Part shown: in pieces, positions 47,354 through 56,393 of the stretch | How positions within the stretch are numbered: position 1 is the stretch's first letter | Layout: each line of letters begins with the position of its first letter | Source of the DNA: an uncultured Bacilli bacterium | GTDB lineage: Bacteria > Bacillota_I > Bacilli_A > RF39 > UBA660 | NCBI GenBank assembly: GCA_934085565.1 | Contig: CAKOHG010000003.1 | Span: 6,309-70,308, forward strand | Direction: 5' to 3' | Length of the DNA stretch: 64,000 bases | Notes under the pieces: generated by a model | What the model was told of the DNA's origin: nothing | Databases searched by the model: none | What the model saw: only the letters and a program-made list of their open reading frames with translations | Program-made: the position numbers and the translations under genes

Positions 47354-47614
47354 ATGAAAATACTTTTCTCCTTTACAAATGATATTATACACTTTGTCTA
47401 AAATATTTGGCAAGTGATGTCGAAAAAGTAGTTATGAAAAATGTTTTGTAGTAAAATTTTTTTATGAAAAGAGTGGATATAAAATGATATCATTACAAAC
47501 AATTCTTAACCGAATGATTTTTAAAATTGAACATATCGATTTAGAAATTGCCGAACTTGCTTTACAAAATTCTTTTTTGGATAATAATAGTAAAGAGGAA
47601 AGCAGGTAGTTTTT

Positions 47615-48418
47615 ATGTTAAAGTATGTAGCTATTATAGACGGGAATCATTATCATCCGGATTTAGAACAATTTTATTTTCTTCATTATTATATGAATGG
47701 TTATTTTTGTAATGATTGTTTGATTTATCGTTATTCAAAAGATGTTGAAGATTTTTTAAGATGCTCTAAAAGTATTCAAAATACTTTTCTTTTGGTTTTA
47801 GGAAGTCAAAATGTTTTAAATGAAACTTTACTTGCTATGACCCATCATCATCTTTCTAATGTAGTTATTTATGTTCCTTATATAGATAGGAAAGGAAATT
47901 ATCTCAAAGATTTAAATTTAGAAATTCATAAAAGACTTAAAACGGTTCCTGAGAAAGTAACTTTATATCAATATGATGATGAAAGTTATTGTGTTCATCA
48001 GATTAATGGTAATCTTCCTTTAAATTTACTTGAAAAACCAAGTTATAATGAATTGAAAAAAGTGATGGATAAAGAACCTTCTTTAATGCGTGTTCAAATA
48101 GACGGTAAAAAAGTAATTGGTAAATATCAAGGTTTTGTATGGCTTAATGATTATTTAGATAGCTTGTATATTCAAAAAAGTAAAATTATGCTTTTAAAAC
48201 AAGAAAAAAGTTTAAAGAAAATATTAAAGCTTCGAGAATGCATAGAAGAACAAAAATTATGGAAAATACCAGATATTGTGGAAACGTGGGAAGGTAGTCA
48301 AATAGAAATAGAGATGGAAAATAATATAAATTCTATAAATATAGATAGTAGAAATATTAAAAATGCACCTAACAAACTTACCTTAAAACCAGCTCAAAAT
48401 ATTTTTTTGATTAAGTAG
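47615..48418 (+). CDS. Hypothetical cytoplasmic protein
   Basis: Long ORF with coding-like composition. I recognise no motif. Confidence 0.5.
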   Translation: MLKYVAIIDGNHYHPDLEQFYFLHYYMNGYFCNDCLIYRYSKDVEDFLRCSKSIQNTFLLVLGSQNVLNETLLAMTHHHLSNVVIYVPYIDRKGNYLKDLNLEIHKRLKTVPEKVTLYQYDDESYCVHQINGNLPLNLLEKPSYNELKKVMDKEPSLMRVQIDGKKVIGKYQGFVWLNDYLDSLYIQKSKIMLLKQEKSLKKILKLRECIEEQKLWKIPDIVETWEGSQIEIEMENNINSINIDSRNIKNAPNKLTLKPAQNIFLIK

Positions 48419-48485
48419 TAAAATTTAATATTTATTAAATATCTAATAATTCATGATATAATTACCATAAAATATGGAGGATGTC

Positions 48486-50426
48486 ATGAGAGAAGAAGAT
48501 AAACGTTTATTAGAATATGATACTTATTTTCAAAATAGCTTACCTGTGTTTCAAGAAGCTTTTATAAGTTACTATGGGGAAAATGAAAGAAAAGATATCG
48601 AAGAGAAATTTAAAAATGCTCTTTATATTCCATATCGTGATATTGACTCTCAAAAATTAATCATTGATGATTTAGAATATAAATATTTTGAAATATATTT
48701 AGATGAAGAGTTAACGGCAAGTGGTTTAATGGATATGAAAGAATTATGTTTTTCTTCTCATAAATATGAACATTTCAATCGTATGAATATAAAATATTTT
48801 GCAGATTTTGCGTCATTGGCTTTACAAAGTGAAGAAGAACGAATGGAAAAGTTTATTCAAGAAGGTTTTGAAAATATTAAAAATATTAAAGAGGATATAA
48901 CTTTAGAGGAATATAAAAACTATTTAGATCAAGGAAGTATTCCAGGAGAATATTTTTATGGAAAATTTTATCATGATAGAGCAAATTATTTTTTAGATAA
49001 AAGTAATGTTGAAAGAGAATTTGAATCTAAACGAGTATTATTTTATGCCCACTTTAGTCAGTTGTTATCTTTTGATGATATGGCTAATATTGAAAATTCA
49101 TCGGTATTTAAAAAGTTGCAAGAATGTTATGAATGTTACAAAAGAAGTTCTATAAAATATGAACAATTTAAAAAAGAATTAGAGCCATATATCACGTTTG
49201 TAAAGGAGGATGAAAAAATAAATCTTTCTTTGCATAAAACATACCAACAAAGATATATAAAAGATTTGACTTCTTTAATGGATGATGATAAAAAACAAGC
49301 GATAAATCTTTATACCGAAAATTTTAATTATGCAGATTATCCTACTTTTTTAGATAATTATGGTGATTTTGAGGAAAGACAGCCTTTAGTCTTAAATTTT
49401 AGTGAACAAAATGAGCAACTTTTAAATAAGCCTGGAGTAAATGAAATTATAAAAGATGATATTTTAAGGGCAAGAGTAAAATATTTCAAAAACTTAGGAA
49501 TTAATGTCGATGAAAAAGATTTAGAAAGTTTCAAAAATAGCGAATATTGGCCTTCCTATGATTATGTTTCTAAAGTTCAAAAAATTAGAGATGATTGTCT
49601 GGATGATTTCACAAAAGAATATCGTTTGCAAAGTCCCTTTTATCAAAAAATAAGAGAGAAATTAAATCAGCAAAAATTTGCTGGTTCGATAAGTGATTCT
49701 TTTTGGGATAGCATTGCTACACGTGGTACTTTTGTACAACCTAATTTTATTTATAAGGATGATGATTTAAGTCTTTTTCCAATTGTTGTTTTGCATTTAG
49801 AAGATTATAGTTCTTATGGCAAACCTATTATGGACAGTAGAATTAATCATGAATTTAATCACTTATATGAACTTAATTTAAAAAGCCATGATGAAAATAA
49901 AGTGTTATGTGTGGATGGGTTTGATGTTTTAACAGATACTCTTGTAAGCACGGGTGAAGAGAAAGAAGAAGAGAATAGTTCTTCAAAAAGAAAGTATGAA
50001 TATTTTAATGAAATCATCAATGAATTATTAGCCCAAGGTGTTTCTAAAGTTATGGTTGATAATAATATTGGAGTTTTTACGCCACCTGATAAAGCACGAT
50101 ATATCGGAAATACGAGTTATGAAAATTATCGGTTTTTGGTTCAAGATTTTTTTGATGAGTATTATGAAACTATTATAATAAGTCGTAAAAAAGGTGATAT
50201 GACTCCATTGTTTCAAAAAGTTGGACAAGAACATTTTGGTAAATTAAATGACCTTATTAATCTTTTTAATCAAAGATTTCCTTCTATTTCTTTTCTTAAT
50301 GTTCAGATTGCTCTTAGTGAAAAGAAGGATAATGAAGATACACGTGATTATTATAAATTTGTTAGTGAACGAGACGAAATTTTAGAAAGTATGAGAGAAT
50401 ATTGTCGTAAACAAAGCTTAGCCTAA
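48486..50426 (+). CDS. Hypothetical protein with HExxH (candidate zinc-metallopeptidase-like) motif
   Basis: GGAGGA lies 5 nt before the ATG at 48486. INHEFNHLYE, followed about 55 aa later by YFNEIINELLA. No signal peptide or TM. Confidence 0.5.
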   Translation: MREEDKRLLEYDTYFQNSLPVFQEAFISYYGENERKDIEEKFKNALYIPYRDIDSQKLIIDDLEYKYFEIYLDEELTASGLMDMKELCFSSHKYEHFNRMNIKYFADFASLALQSEEERMEKFIQEGFENIKNIKEDITLEEYKNYLDQGSIPGEYFYGKFYHDRANYFLDKSNVEREFESKRVLFYAHFSQLLSFDDMANIENSSVFKKLQECYECYKRSSIKYEQFKKELEPYITFVKEDEKINLSLHKTYQQRYIKDLTSLMDDDKKQAINLYTENFNYADYPTFLDNYGDFEERQPLVLNFSEQNEQLLNKPGVNEIIKDDILRARVKYFKNLGINVDEKDLESFKNSEYWPSYDYVSKVQKIRDDCLDDFTKEYRLQSPFYQKIREKLNQQKFAGSISDSFWDSIATRGTFVQPNFIYKDDDLSLFPIVVLHLEDYSSYGKPIMDSRINHEFNHLYELNLKSHDENKVLCVDGFDVLTDTLVSTGEEKEEENSSSKRKYEYFNEIINELLAQGVSKVMVDNNIGVFTPPDKARYIGNTSYENYRFLVQDFFDEYYETIIISRKKGDMTPLFQKVGQEHFGKLNDLINLFNQRFPSISFLNVQIALSEKKDNEDTRDYYKFVSERDEILESMREYCRKQSLA

Positions 50427-50513
50427 AAACGATTATAACTCTCATTTTTGCTCTGTTCTTTCAATTGACAAAAAGAGTATCTACTGGTAATATTATTTTG
50501 AGGAAGTGAGTGT

Positions 50514-50843
50514 ATGAATGATAAAATAGTTTTAAGCCCTGAAGAAATTTATGAAAAAGAGTTTAAAATAGATGCTCGTGGATATCGCCCTCAAGAAGTA
50601 GATAATTTTTTAGATATCATTATTAAAGATTATGCTGAATTTAAAAGAATCGTAAGGGGATACGAGAAAGAATATCAAAGACTTAGCAGTGAAAATGCTA
50701 ATTTAAAAGCACAACTCCGCCAACTTCAAACCGAATTAGAAACAAAAGAAAGTGATGAAGATAATGGTGCGGTTAGCAATGTTGATTTATTAAGAAGAAT
50801 AAGTCAATTAGAAAAATTTGTATACGGAAAATATAATAAATAA
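50514..50843 (+). CDS. gpsB: Cell-cycle/divisome adaptor GpsB (DivIVA-domain)
   Basis: LSPEEIYEKEFKIDARGYRPQEVDNFLDIIIKDYAEF and C-terminal NVDLLRRISQLEKFVYG are collinear with B. subtilis GpsB. Confidence 0.9.
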   Translation: MNDKIVLSPEEIYEKEFKIDARGYRPQEVDNFLDIIIKDYAEFKRIVRGYEKEYQRLSSENANLKAQLRQLQTELETKESDEDNGAVSNVDLLRRISQLEKFVYGKYNK

Positions 50844-51180
50844 CTTGGCAAATGCTGCATAATATTATGTAGAGGAAAGTCCTTGCTCACACAACCTGAG
50901 ATGGTTGTAGTGTTTGTGCTTAGGGAAAAAATAACCTAAGGTAGAAATTTATTTCTAACGGCTCCGAGGAAACCTCAAATGGTTTTATTAGGTATAAAAG
51001 TGCCAAAGTGACGAAGAAAAGGGAAACCTTGGAAGTGGAACGTGGTAAACCCCACAAGTGAGAAACCCAAATTATGGTAGGGGAGCTATTCAAACGGAAT
51101 CAAACGGGCGAATGGACCAGCAATGGTAGATAAATATTTGTCGCGTCGAAAGACGTACAGAACAAGGCTTATAAGTTATT
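50838..51180 (+). ncRNA. rnpB: RNase P RNA (bacterial, Bacillus-like type B; compact, about 340 nt)
   Basis: AGAGGAAAGTCC (P4 5' strand), AAAGTGCCAAAGTGACGAAG, GTGGAACGTGGTAAACCCC, GAGAAACCCAAATTATGGTAGGGGA, ACAGAACAAGGCTTA (P4 3' strand). P1 pairs aataactt with aagttatt. Ends are approximate. Confidence 0.88.
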
Positions 51181-51214
51181 TTTTTTATTTGTAAAAATGC
51201 AAGGAGTGAGTATC

Positions 51215-51700
51215 TTGTTTGAAATAGGAAAAACATTGAAAGAAGCGAGGGAAACATCAGGCGTTAGTATTAAAGAAGCCTCGGAAGACCTCGGGATAAG
51301 AGATGTTATTTTAGAAAATATTGAAGAAGGAGCCATGGGTTCTTTTAAAAATATTTATGATTTAAAAGATTATATAGCTAATTATGCGAAATATTTAGGC
51401 TTAGATGCGGATAGCTTAGTAGATGACTTTAATGAGTATATGTTTGAATATACTTCAAAAATACCTGTTAAAGAAATTGAAAAGAAAATGCAAGAAATGA
51501 ATAAAGAAAAAACAGAACCAGAAATTTCTTCTCCTTATTCGAAGCCTATGCGTAAGTATCCTACAAAATATTATGTAGTAACCTATGTTTTCTTAATTTT
51601 ACTGGTGATATTAATCATTGTTTGGAGTGTTTCTCAAATCAGTGAAGCAAAAGGTATTAGTATTATAGAAAGTAGAGGCGTTATTAATGAACTTCGCTAA
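51215..51700 (+). CDS. rodZ: RodZ-like HTH membrane protein (short form)
   Basis: IGKTLKEARETSGVSIKEASEDLGIRDVILENIEEG (XRE-type HTH) plus one TM YVVTYVFLILLVILIIVW. Positioned upstream of pgsA, as for ymfM/rodZ. A TTG start at 51215, 8 nt after AAGGAG, is likelier than the ATG at 51197. Confidence 0.65.
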   Translation: MFEIGKTLKEARETSGVSIKEASEDLGIRDVILENIEEGAMGSFKNIYDLKDYIANYAKYLGLDADSLVDDFNEYMFEYTSKIPVKEIEKKMQEMNKEKTEPEISSPYSKPMRKYPTKYYVVTYVFLILLVILIIVWSVSQISEAKGISIIESRGVINELR

Positions 51701-52286
51701 TAATTTGACTAGGAGCCGTATTGTTATGGCCATTATTATTTTAATCATTTTACTTTTTCCTTGGAGTGATATCCATTTTACTTTTCCAACTTTTTTAGTA
51801 GCTGGCAAAGTTTTAGTGGATAGTAAATATATTATAGCTGGCTTTATCTTTGTGATTGCTTCTGTCACAGATTATTTAGATGGTCAAATCGCTCGTAAAG
51901 AAAAAAAGACAAGTGATTATGGTGCTATTATGGACGCTATTGCTGATAAAGTTTTAGTAAATGGTGTTTTAATTGTTTTAGCTTATCAAGGTTTTATTAG
52001 TGTTTTAATTCCTGTCATTATTGTTATCAGAGATACCATAGTGGACGCATTAAGAATTGGGGCAGCTAGTAAAAAAGTGATTGTAAAAGCAAACAAATGG
52101 GGGAAAGTAAAAACTGTGACCATGTTAATAGGTATTTCCTTAATGTTATTTTATAATTTACCTTTCGAAATTTGGAATATTTATTTAGCTGAGATTTTAA
52201 TTGATATTGCCACCGTGTTATCCGTAGCAAGTGGTGTTATTTATTATTTTGATATTAAAGACAAAGTATTAGACTGGAAAATCTAA
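51687..52286 (+). CDS. pgsA: CDP-diacylglycerol--glycerol-3-phosphate 3-phosphatidyltransferase
   Basis: CDP-alcohol phosphatidyltransferase motif DYLDGQIARK...G..MDAIADK. Confidence 0.9.
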   Translation: MNFANNLTRSRIVMAIIILIILLFPWSDIHFTFPTFLVAGKVLVDSKYIIAGFIFVIASVTDYLDGQIARKEKKTSDYGAIMDAIADKVLVNGVLIVLAYQGFISVLIPVIIVIRDTIVDALRIGAASKKVIVKANKWGKVKTVTMLIGISLMLFYNLPFEIWNIYLAEILIDIATVLSVASGVIYYFDIKDKVLDWKI

Positions 52287-52321
52287 TGCTTTTTTCTTAA
52301 ATACAATTGTTCGCTTATGTG

Positions 52322-52350
52322 TTGACAACTAAAATAAAGTAAGTTACAAT
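52322..52350 (+). promoter_or_regulatory. SigA-type promoter of recA
   Basis: TTGACA (52322-52327), 17-nt spacer, TACAAT (52345-52350). Confidence 0.6.
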
Positions 52351-52371
52351 GATACCAGAAAGCGAGAATAT

Positions 52372-53421
52372 ATGATTTTTATGAAAACAACCAAGGAAGA
52401 AAAAGATAAAGATAAAGTATTAGAACAAGTATTAATGGATATTGAAAAACAATTTGGAAAAGGAGCCGTCATGCGTTTAGGTTCTGAGGAACACATGGAA
52501 ATTGATACGACCTCCAGTGGTTCTTTAGCTTTAGATATTGCCCTAGGAGTAGGAGGATACCCTAAAGGAAGAATTATTGAAATTTATGGTCCAGAATCTT
52601 CTGGTAAAACTACTTTTGCCCTGCATGCCATTGCCGAGGTTCAAAAAAATGGTGGACGTGCTGCTTTTATTGACGCAGAACATGCCCTAGATCCTGTCTA
52701 TGCCAAAAATTTAGGTGTCGATATTAATGAACTACTTTTGTCTCAACCAGATACTGGGGAACAAGCTTTAGAAATTTGTGAAGCCCTTGTGCGAAGTGAG
52801 GTTGTTAATATTATTGTTGTCGATTCTGTAGCGGCTTTAGTACCTAGAGCTGAAATCGAAGGAGATATGGGCGATAGCCATGTTGGTCTTCAAGCTCGCT
52901 TAATGAGTCAAGCCTTAAGAAAATTATCAGGAGCTATTAATAAAACCAAAACTACTGCAATCTTTATTAATCAATTAAGAGAGAAAGTAGGAGTTATGTT
53001 TGGTAACCCTGAAACGACACCAGGTGGACGTGCTTTGAAATTTTATTCTACTATTCGTCTTGATGTTCGTAGGGGAGAACAAATAAAAGTTGGTGACCAA
53101 ATTTTAGGAAATAGAACAAACATTAAAGTTGTAAAAAATAAAGTAGCCCCTCCATTTAAACTCGCATCCGTTGATATCATGTATGGTACTGGCGTTTCTC
53201 GTGAAGGCGAAATCATTGATATTGCTTCTGACCTTAATATTATTGATAAGTCTGGTGCTTGGTATTCTTATCAAGGACAAAAAATTGGTCAAGGTAAAGA
53301 AAATGTAAAACTTATGTTAAAACAAAATCCTGATATGAAAGAAGAAATTGAAAGAAAAATCAGAGAACATTATGGATTTAAAGTGAATAAAGATTCTAGC
53401 AAAGAAAAGGATACGAAATAG
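52372..53421 (+). CDS. recA: Recombinase RecA
   Basis: [16 protein letters not shown] (Walker A), [38 protein letters not shown]. Confidence 0.99.
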   Translation: MIFMKTTKEEKDKDKVLEQVLMDIEKQFGKGAVMRLGSEEHMEIDTTSSGSLALDIALGVGGYPKGRIIEIYGPESSGKTTFALHAIAEVQKNGGRAAFIDAEHALDPVYAKNLGVDINELLLSQPDTGEQALEICEALVRSEVVNIIVVDSVAALVPRAEIEGDMGDSHVGLQARLMSQALRKLSGAINKTKTTAIFINQLREKVGVMFGNPETTPGGRALKFYSTIRLDVRRGEQIKVGDQILGNRTNIKVVKNKVAPPFKLASVDIMYGTGVSREGEIIDIASDLNIIDKSGAWYSYQGQKIGQGKENVKLMLKQNPDMKEEIERKIREHYGFKVNKDSSKEKDTK

Positions 53422-53432
53422 TATCTTTTTTT
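53408..53432 (+). terminator. Rho-independent terminator of recA
   Basis: aggatac-N6-gtatctt stem enclosing the stop codon, followed by a T-run. Confidence 0.65.
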
Positions 53433-53559
53433 GTTTACAATGAATTGACGACTTCTTTACATTCAAAACTTACGTCTTGTAAATCAAAGAAAAGTTCTAT
53501 ATAATAAAGCTATAGATTTTAATAAAATATTATTTTCTATAAATAGTAAGGAGATTGAA

Positions 53560-55116
53560 ATGGAACCATTAAGAATATGGTCCATCTTATTTGTCCTTGT
53601 AGGTATATTTTTGGGAATTGGTTTTGCTGTACTTTTCTTCTATATCAGAGGAAATAGTTTGGCAAAACAAGCTAATAAATTAATTGAAGAAGCCACAAAA
53701 GAGGCAGAAAAACAAAAACGAGATAGAATGATTGAATTTAAAGAAGAAAGTTATCGTCTCAAACAAGAAGCTGAAAAAGTCATAAAAGAAAAAAAAGATG
53801 AATTAAAAGAATCTGAAAAAAGATTACAAACAAGAGAAAGTAGTTTAGATAAAAGAGATGAGATTCTCCAAAAAAGAGAAACTTCTTTAGATGAAAAAGA
53901 ACAAAATTTATTAGCAAAACAAAAAGAAATCCAAGTCAAAGACGAAAAGGTGGAAGAAATCTTAAAAGAAGAAATGAGTCGTTTAGAAAAAATTGCAAAA
54001 TTTAGTAAAGAAAAGGCTCGTGACTTAATTTTAAAAAGATGTGAAGAAGAAATGAACGGCGAGATTGCCGAGCTTGTAAAAGAAAAAGAACGAGAAGCTA
54101 AATTAACATCAAATGAAGTTGCCAAAAATATTATAGTAGAATCTATGCAACGTTATTCAGAAGATGTTGCAACAGAACAAACCGTGAGTACAATTAGTTT
54201 ACCTAACGATGAATTAAAAGGAAGACTAATTGGTCGTGAGGGAAGAAATATTAGAACAATTGAAGCGGTGACAGGTGTTGATTTAATAATTGATGATACT
54301 CCTGAAACTATTGTAGTATCCTCATTTGATCCACTACGTCGAGAAATTGCCAAAATAACCATTGAATCTTTAATTAAAGATGGGCGTATTCATCCTTCAA
54401 GAATTGAAGAAGTTTATGACCGTGTTAGTAAAGACATGAATAACAAAATTATTGAACTAGGTAACGAAGCATGTTATGACCTTGGTATTACCAAAGTAGA
54501 TCCTGAACTTGTTTATTTAATTGGAAAACTTCATTTTAGAACGAGTTATGGTCAAAATGCTTTAAAACATTCCAAAGAAGTTGGGGAGTTATGCGGTTTA
54601 ATGGCAGCCGAGTTAGGAGAAAATGTTGCCTTAGCTAAAAGAGCAGGTCTATTACATGACATAGGCAAATCTATTGATTATGAAGTAGAAGGAAGCCACG
54701 TCTTTATTGGGGCTGATATCGCCAGACGTTATAAAGAAAGTGATACCGTTATTAATGCAATTTTATCTCATCATGGTGATGAAAAACAAAACAATGTTAT
54801 TTCTGTTTTAGTACAAATTGCCGATACTTTATCTGCTGCCCGTCCTGGTGCCCGTAATGATTCTTTAGATAATTACATTAAAAGACTCGAACAATTAGAA
54901 AGCATAGGTAACTCTTTTGAAGGCGTTGAAAAAACATATGCTATGCAAGCAGGTCGAGAAATAAGAGTTATGGTCAAACCAGAAGAAGTATCGGATGCGA
55001 CCTCATACAAAATTGCTAAAGATATCAAAGAAAGAATTGAAAAAGAAATGCAATATCCAGGAACTATTAAAATTGTAGTTATCCGGGAATCAAGAGCCTT
55101 AGAAGAAGCAAAATAA
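53560..55116 (+). CDS. rny: Ribonuclease Y
   Basis: N-terminal TM, coiled coil, KH domain (LKGRLIGREGRNIRTIEAVTGVDLIIDDTP), HD domain (HSKEV...GLLHDIGK). Confidence 0.98.
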   Translation: MEPLRIWSILFVLVGIFLGIGFAVLFFYIRGNSLAKQANKLIEEATKEAEKQKRDRMIEFKEESYRLKQEAEKVIKEKKDELKESEKRLQTRESSLDKRDEILQKRETSLDEKEQNLLAKQKEIQVKDEKVEEILKEEMSRLEKIAKFSKEKARDLILKRCEEEMNGEIAELVKEKEREAKLTSNEVAKNIIVESMQRYSEDVATEQTVSTISLPNDELKGRLIGREGRNIRTIEAVTGVDLIIDDTPETIVVSSFDPLRREIAKITIESLIKDGRIHPSRIEEVYDRVSKDMNNKIIELGNEACYDLGITKVDPELVYLIGKLHFRTSYGQNALKHSKEVGELCGLMAAELGENVALAKRAGLLHDIGKSIDYEVEGSHVFIGADIARRYKESDTVINAILSHHGDEKQNNVISVLVQIADTLSAARPGARNDSLDNYIKRLEQLESIGNSFEGVEKTYAMQAGREIRVMVKPEEVSDATSYKIAKDIKERIEKEMQYPGTIKIVVIRESRALEEAK

Positions 55117-55169
55117 ACTTGCTTCTTTTCTTCTTTTTTTGTAAAATAAGGGCATAGGAGGCATGAAAA

Positions 55170-55379
55170 ATGTTACATGATATTTTATTAATTATTATTG
55201 GACTTATTATCGGGGTAATCATTGGTTTTTTTGTTGCTAGAACAATGATGAAAAAATACATGCAAAAAAATCCCCCAATTAATGAAAAAATGATTGAAAC
55301 AATGATGACAAGTATGGGACGTAAACCAAGTCAAAAACAAGTTAAGCAAGTTATGAGTCAAATGACTCGTTATATGTAA
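55170..55379 (+). CDS. yneF: UPF0154 (YneF-family) small membrane protein
   Basis: IIGLIIGVIIGFFVARTMMKKYMQKNPPINEKMIETMMTSMGRKPSQKQV is a typical YneF sequence. Confidence 0.85.
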   Translation: MLHDILLIIIGLIIGVIIGFFVARTMMKKYMQKNPPINEKMIETMMTSMGRKPSQKQVKQVMSQMTRYM

Positions 55380-55380
55380 A

Positions 55381-55407
55381 GTACACTTAGGTGTATTTTT
55401 TTTAACT
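55381..55407 (+). terminator. Rho-independent terminator
   Basis: gtacac-ttag-gtgtat stem (one G-U pair) plus T8. Confidence 0.55.
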
Positions 55408-55510
55408 CTCTTGCATAAATTTTTTTAGGATGACGGAAAAGTTATTGACGAGATGTTCTTTTGTGTGTTATCCTATTTTTATAGTAGAAGAATAAAAGGT
55501 GATTGATTAA

Positions 55511-56314
55511 ATGAAAAATTTTCTAGAAAGTTTATATCAAATAGAAAACTTTGGTATTTATTTATTTGTGTTTATTGGTATTTTAATTGTTTTATTTTTA
55601 GTTATTCTTTTTTTCGGTAAAAAAGATTCTGTAAAGGAAGAAAAAGAGAATACAGAAGTACCAAAAGAAGACCCACAAGTAACAGAAGAACCTAAGGTAG
55701 AAGAGCCTTTATTTAAAGAAATGAGTGAAAACATTCCAGTTGAAACACCTCATTTAAAAAGTGAAAATATTGAAGCACCAATGCCAACTGCAACTGTTAA
55801 TAATGTTTTAAATGAAGAAATACCTTCTTTTGAAGAACCAGAAAAAAGTACTGCTGTAGAAGATGCTGTTGTAACGCCAAAAGAAGAAAAAGAATTTGAT
55901 TTTGACGCTTTAGCAGCAGCAATTACTAAAGAATTAGAAAGTATTGAGAAAAAAGAAAATACCGTAGCAGAACCAGTAGCGCCAGTTTTAGAAGAAACCA
56001 AAGAAGAGCCTTTACACTTCGAAACAGATATGGTTAAAGAAGAAATAAAAGTAGAAGAACCTAAAGAAGAAATTAAGGTTGAAGAAAAAGAAGTTAAAAA
56101 AGAAGAACCAAAAACTAAAAGAGTTATGCCAACAGTTTTTAGTTCCGTTTATGTTAATCGTTCCGTAGAAGAGCCTAAGATTTTAAAAGAAGAAATAAAA
56201 AAGGTAGAAGAACCAAAAGTAGAAGAAGCTCCTTTAAAAGCTAAAATTGAATTACCAAAAACGATTGACTTACCAAAACCAAAAGCTAATCCAGAACAAT
56301 TAGAAATAAAATAG
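55511..56314 (+). CDS. N-terminally anchored E/K/P-rich low-complexity protein
   Basis: TM IYLFVFIGILIVLFLVILFF, then degenerate KEEIKVEEPK-type repeats. Confidence 0.5.
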   Translation: MKNFLESLYQIENFGIYLFVFIGILIVLFLVILFFGKKDSVKEEKENTEVPKEDPQVTEEPKVEEPLFKEMSENIPVETPHLKSENIEAPMPTATVNNVLNEEIPSFEEPEKSTAVEDAVVTPKEEKEFDFDALAAAITKELESIEKKENTVAEPVAPVLEETKEEPLHFETDMVKEEIKVEEPKEEIKVEEKEVKKEEPKTKRVMPTVFSSVYVNRSVEEPKILKEEIKKVEEPKVEEAPLKAKIELPKTIDLPKPKANPEQLEIK

Positions 56315-56362
56315 TAAAGAAGTGTCAGATAGGCACTTTTTTTTCATAATTTTTTTATGCTG

Positions 56363-56371
56363 TGCTATAAT
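56363..56371 (+). promoter_or_regulatory. Extended -10 element (TGnTATAAT) for the AI-2E permease gene
   Basis: tgctataat lies inside the first 24 codons of the ORF-track call 56322..57563. GAGGAG and a TTG start follow at 56394. Confidence 0.5.
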
Positions 56372-56393
56372 ACGGTTAAGAGGAGTGATTACT

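Noticed and set aside
52301-52312. Possible LexA (Cheo) box ATACAATTGTTC upstream of recA
   Set aside because: Only one half-site (GTTC) matches GAAC-N4-GTTC, and the sequence lies upstream of the -35 box. This is too weak to call a feature; it is mentioned in a finding as a possible variant only.
56322-56393. Over-extended N-termini in the ORF track (56322, 57585, 59942, 61217, 63297, 47413, 46790, 28760, 29031, 31296, 17933, 6451, 4814, 48474, 42618, 20667, 51197)
   Set aside because: In each case a promoter -10 box, a terminator hairpin or a strong SD lies inside the called N-terminus, and a better-placed start codon follows. These were treated as start-site corrections, not as biological features.
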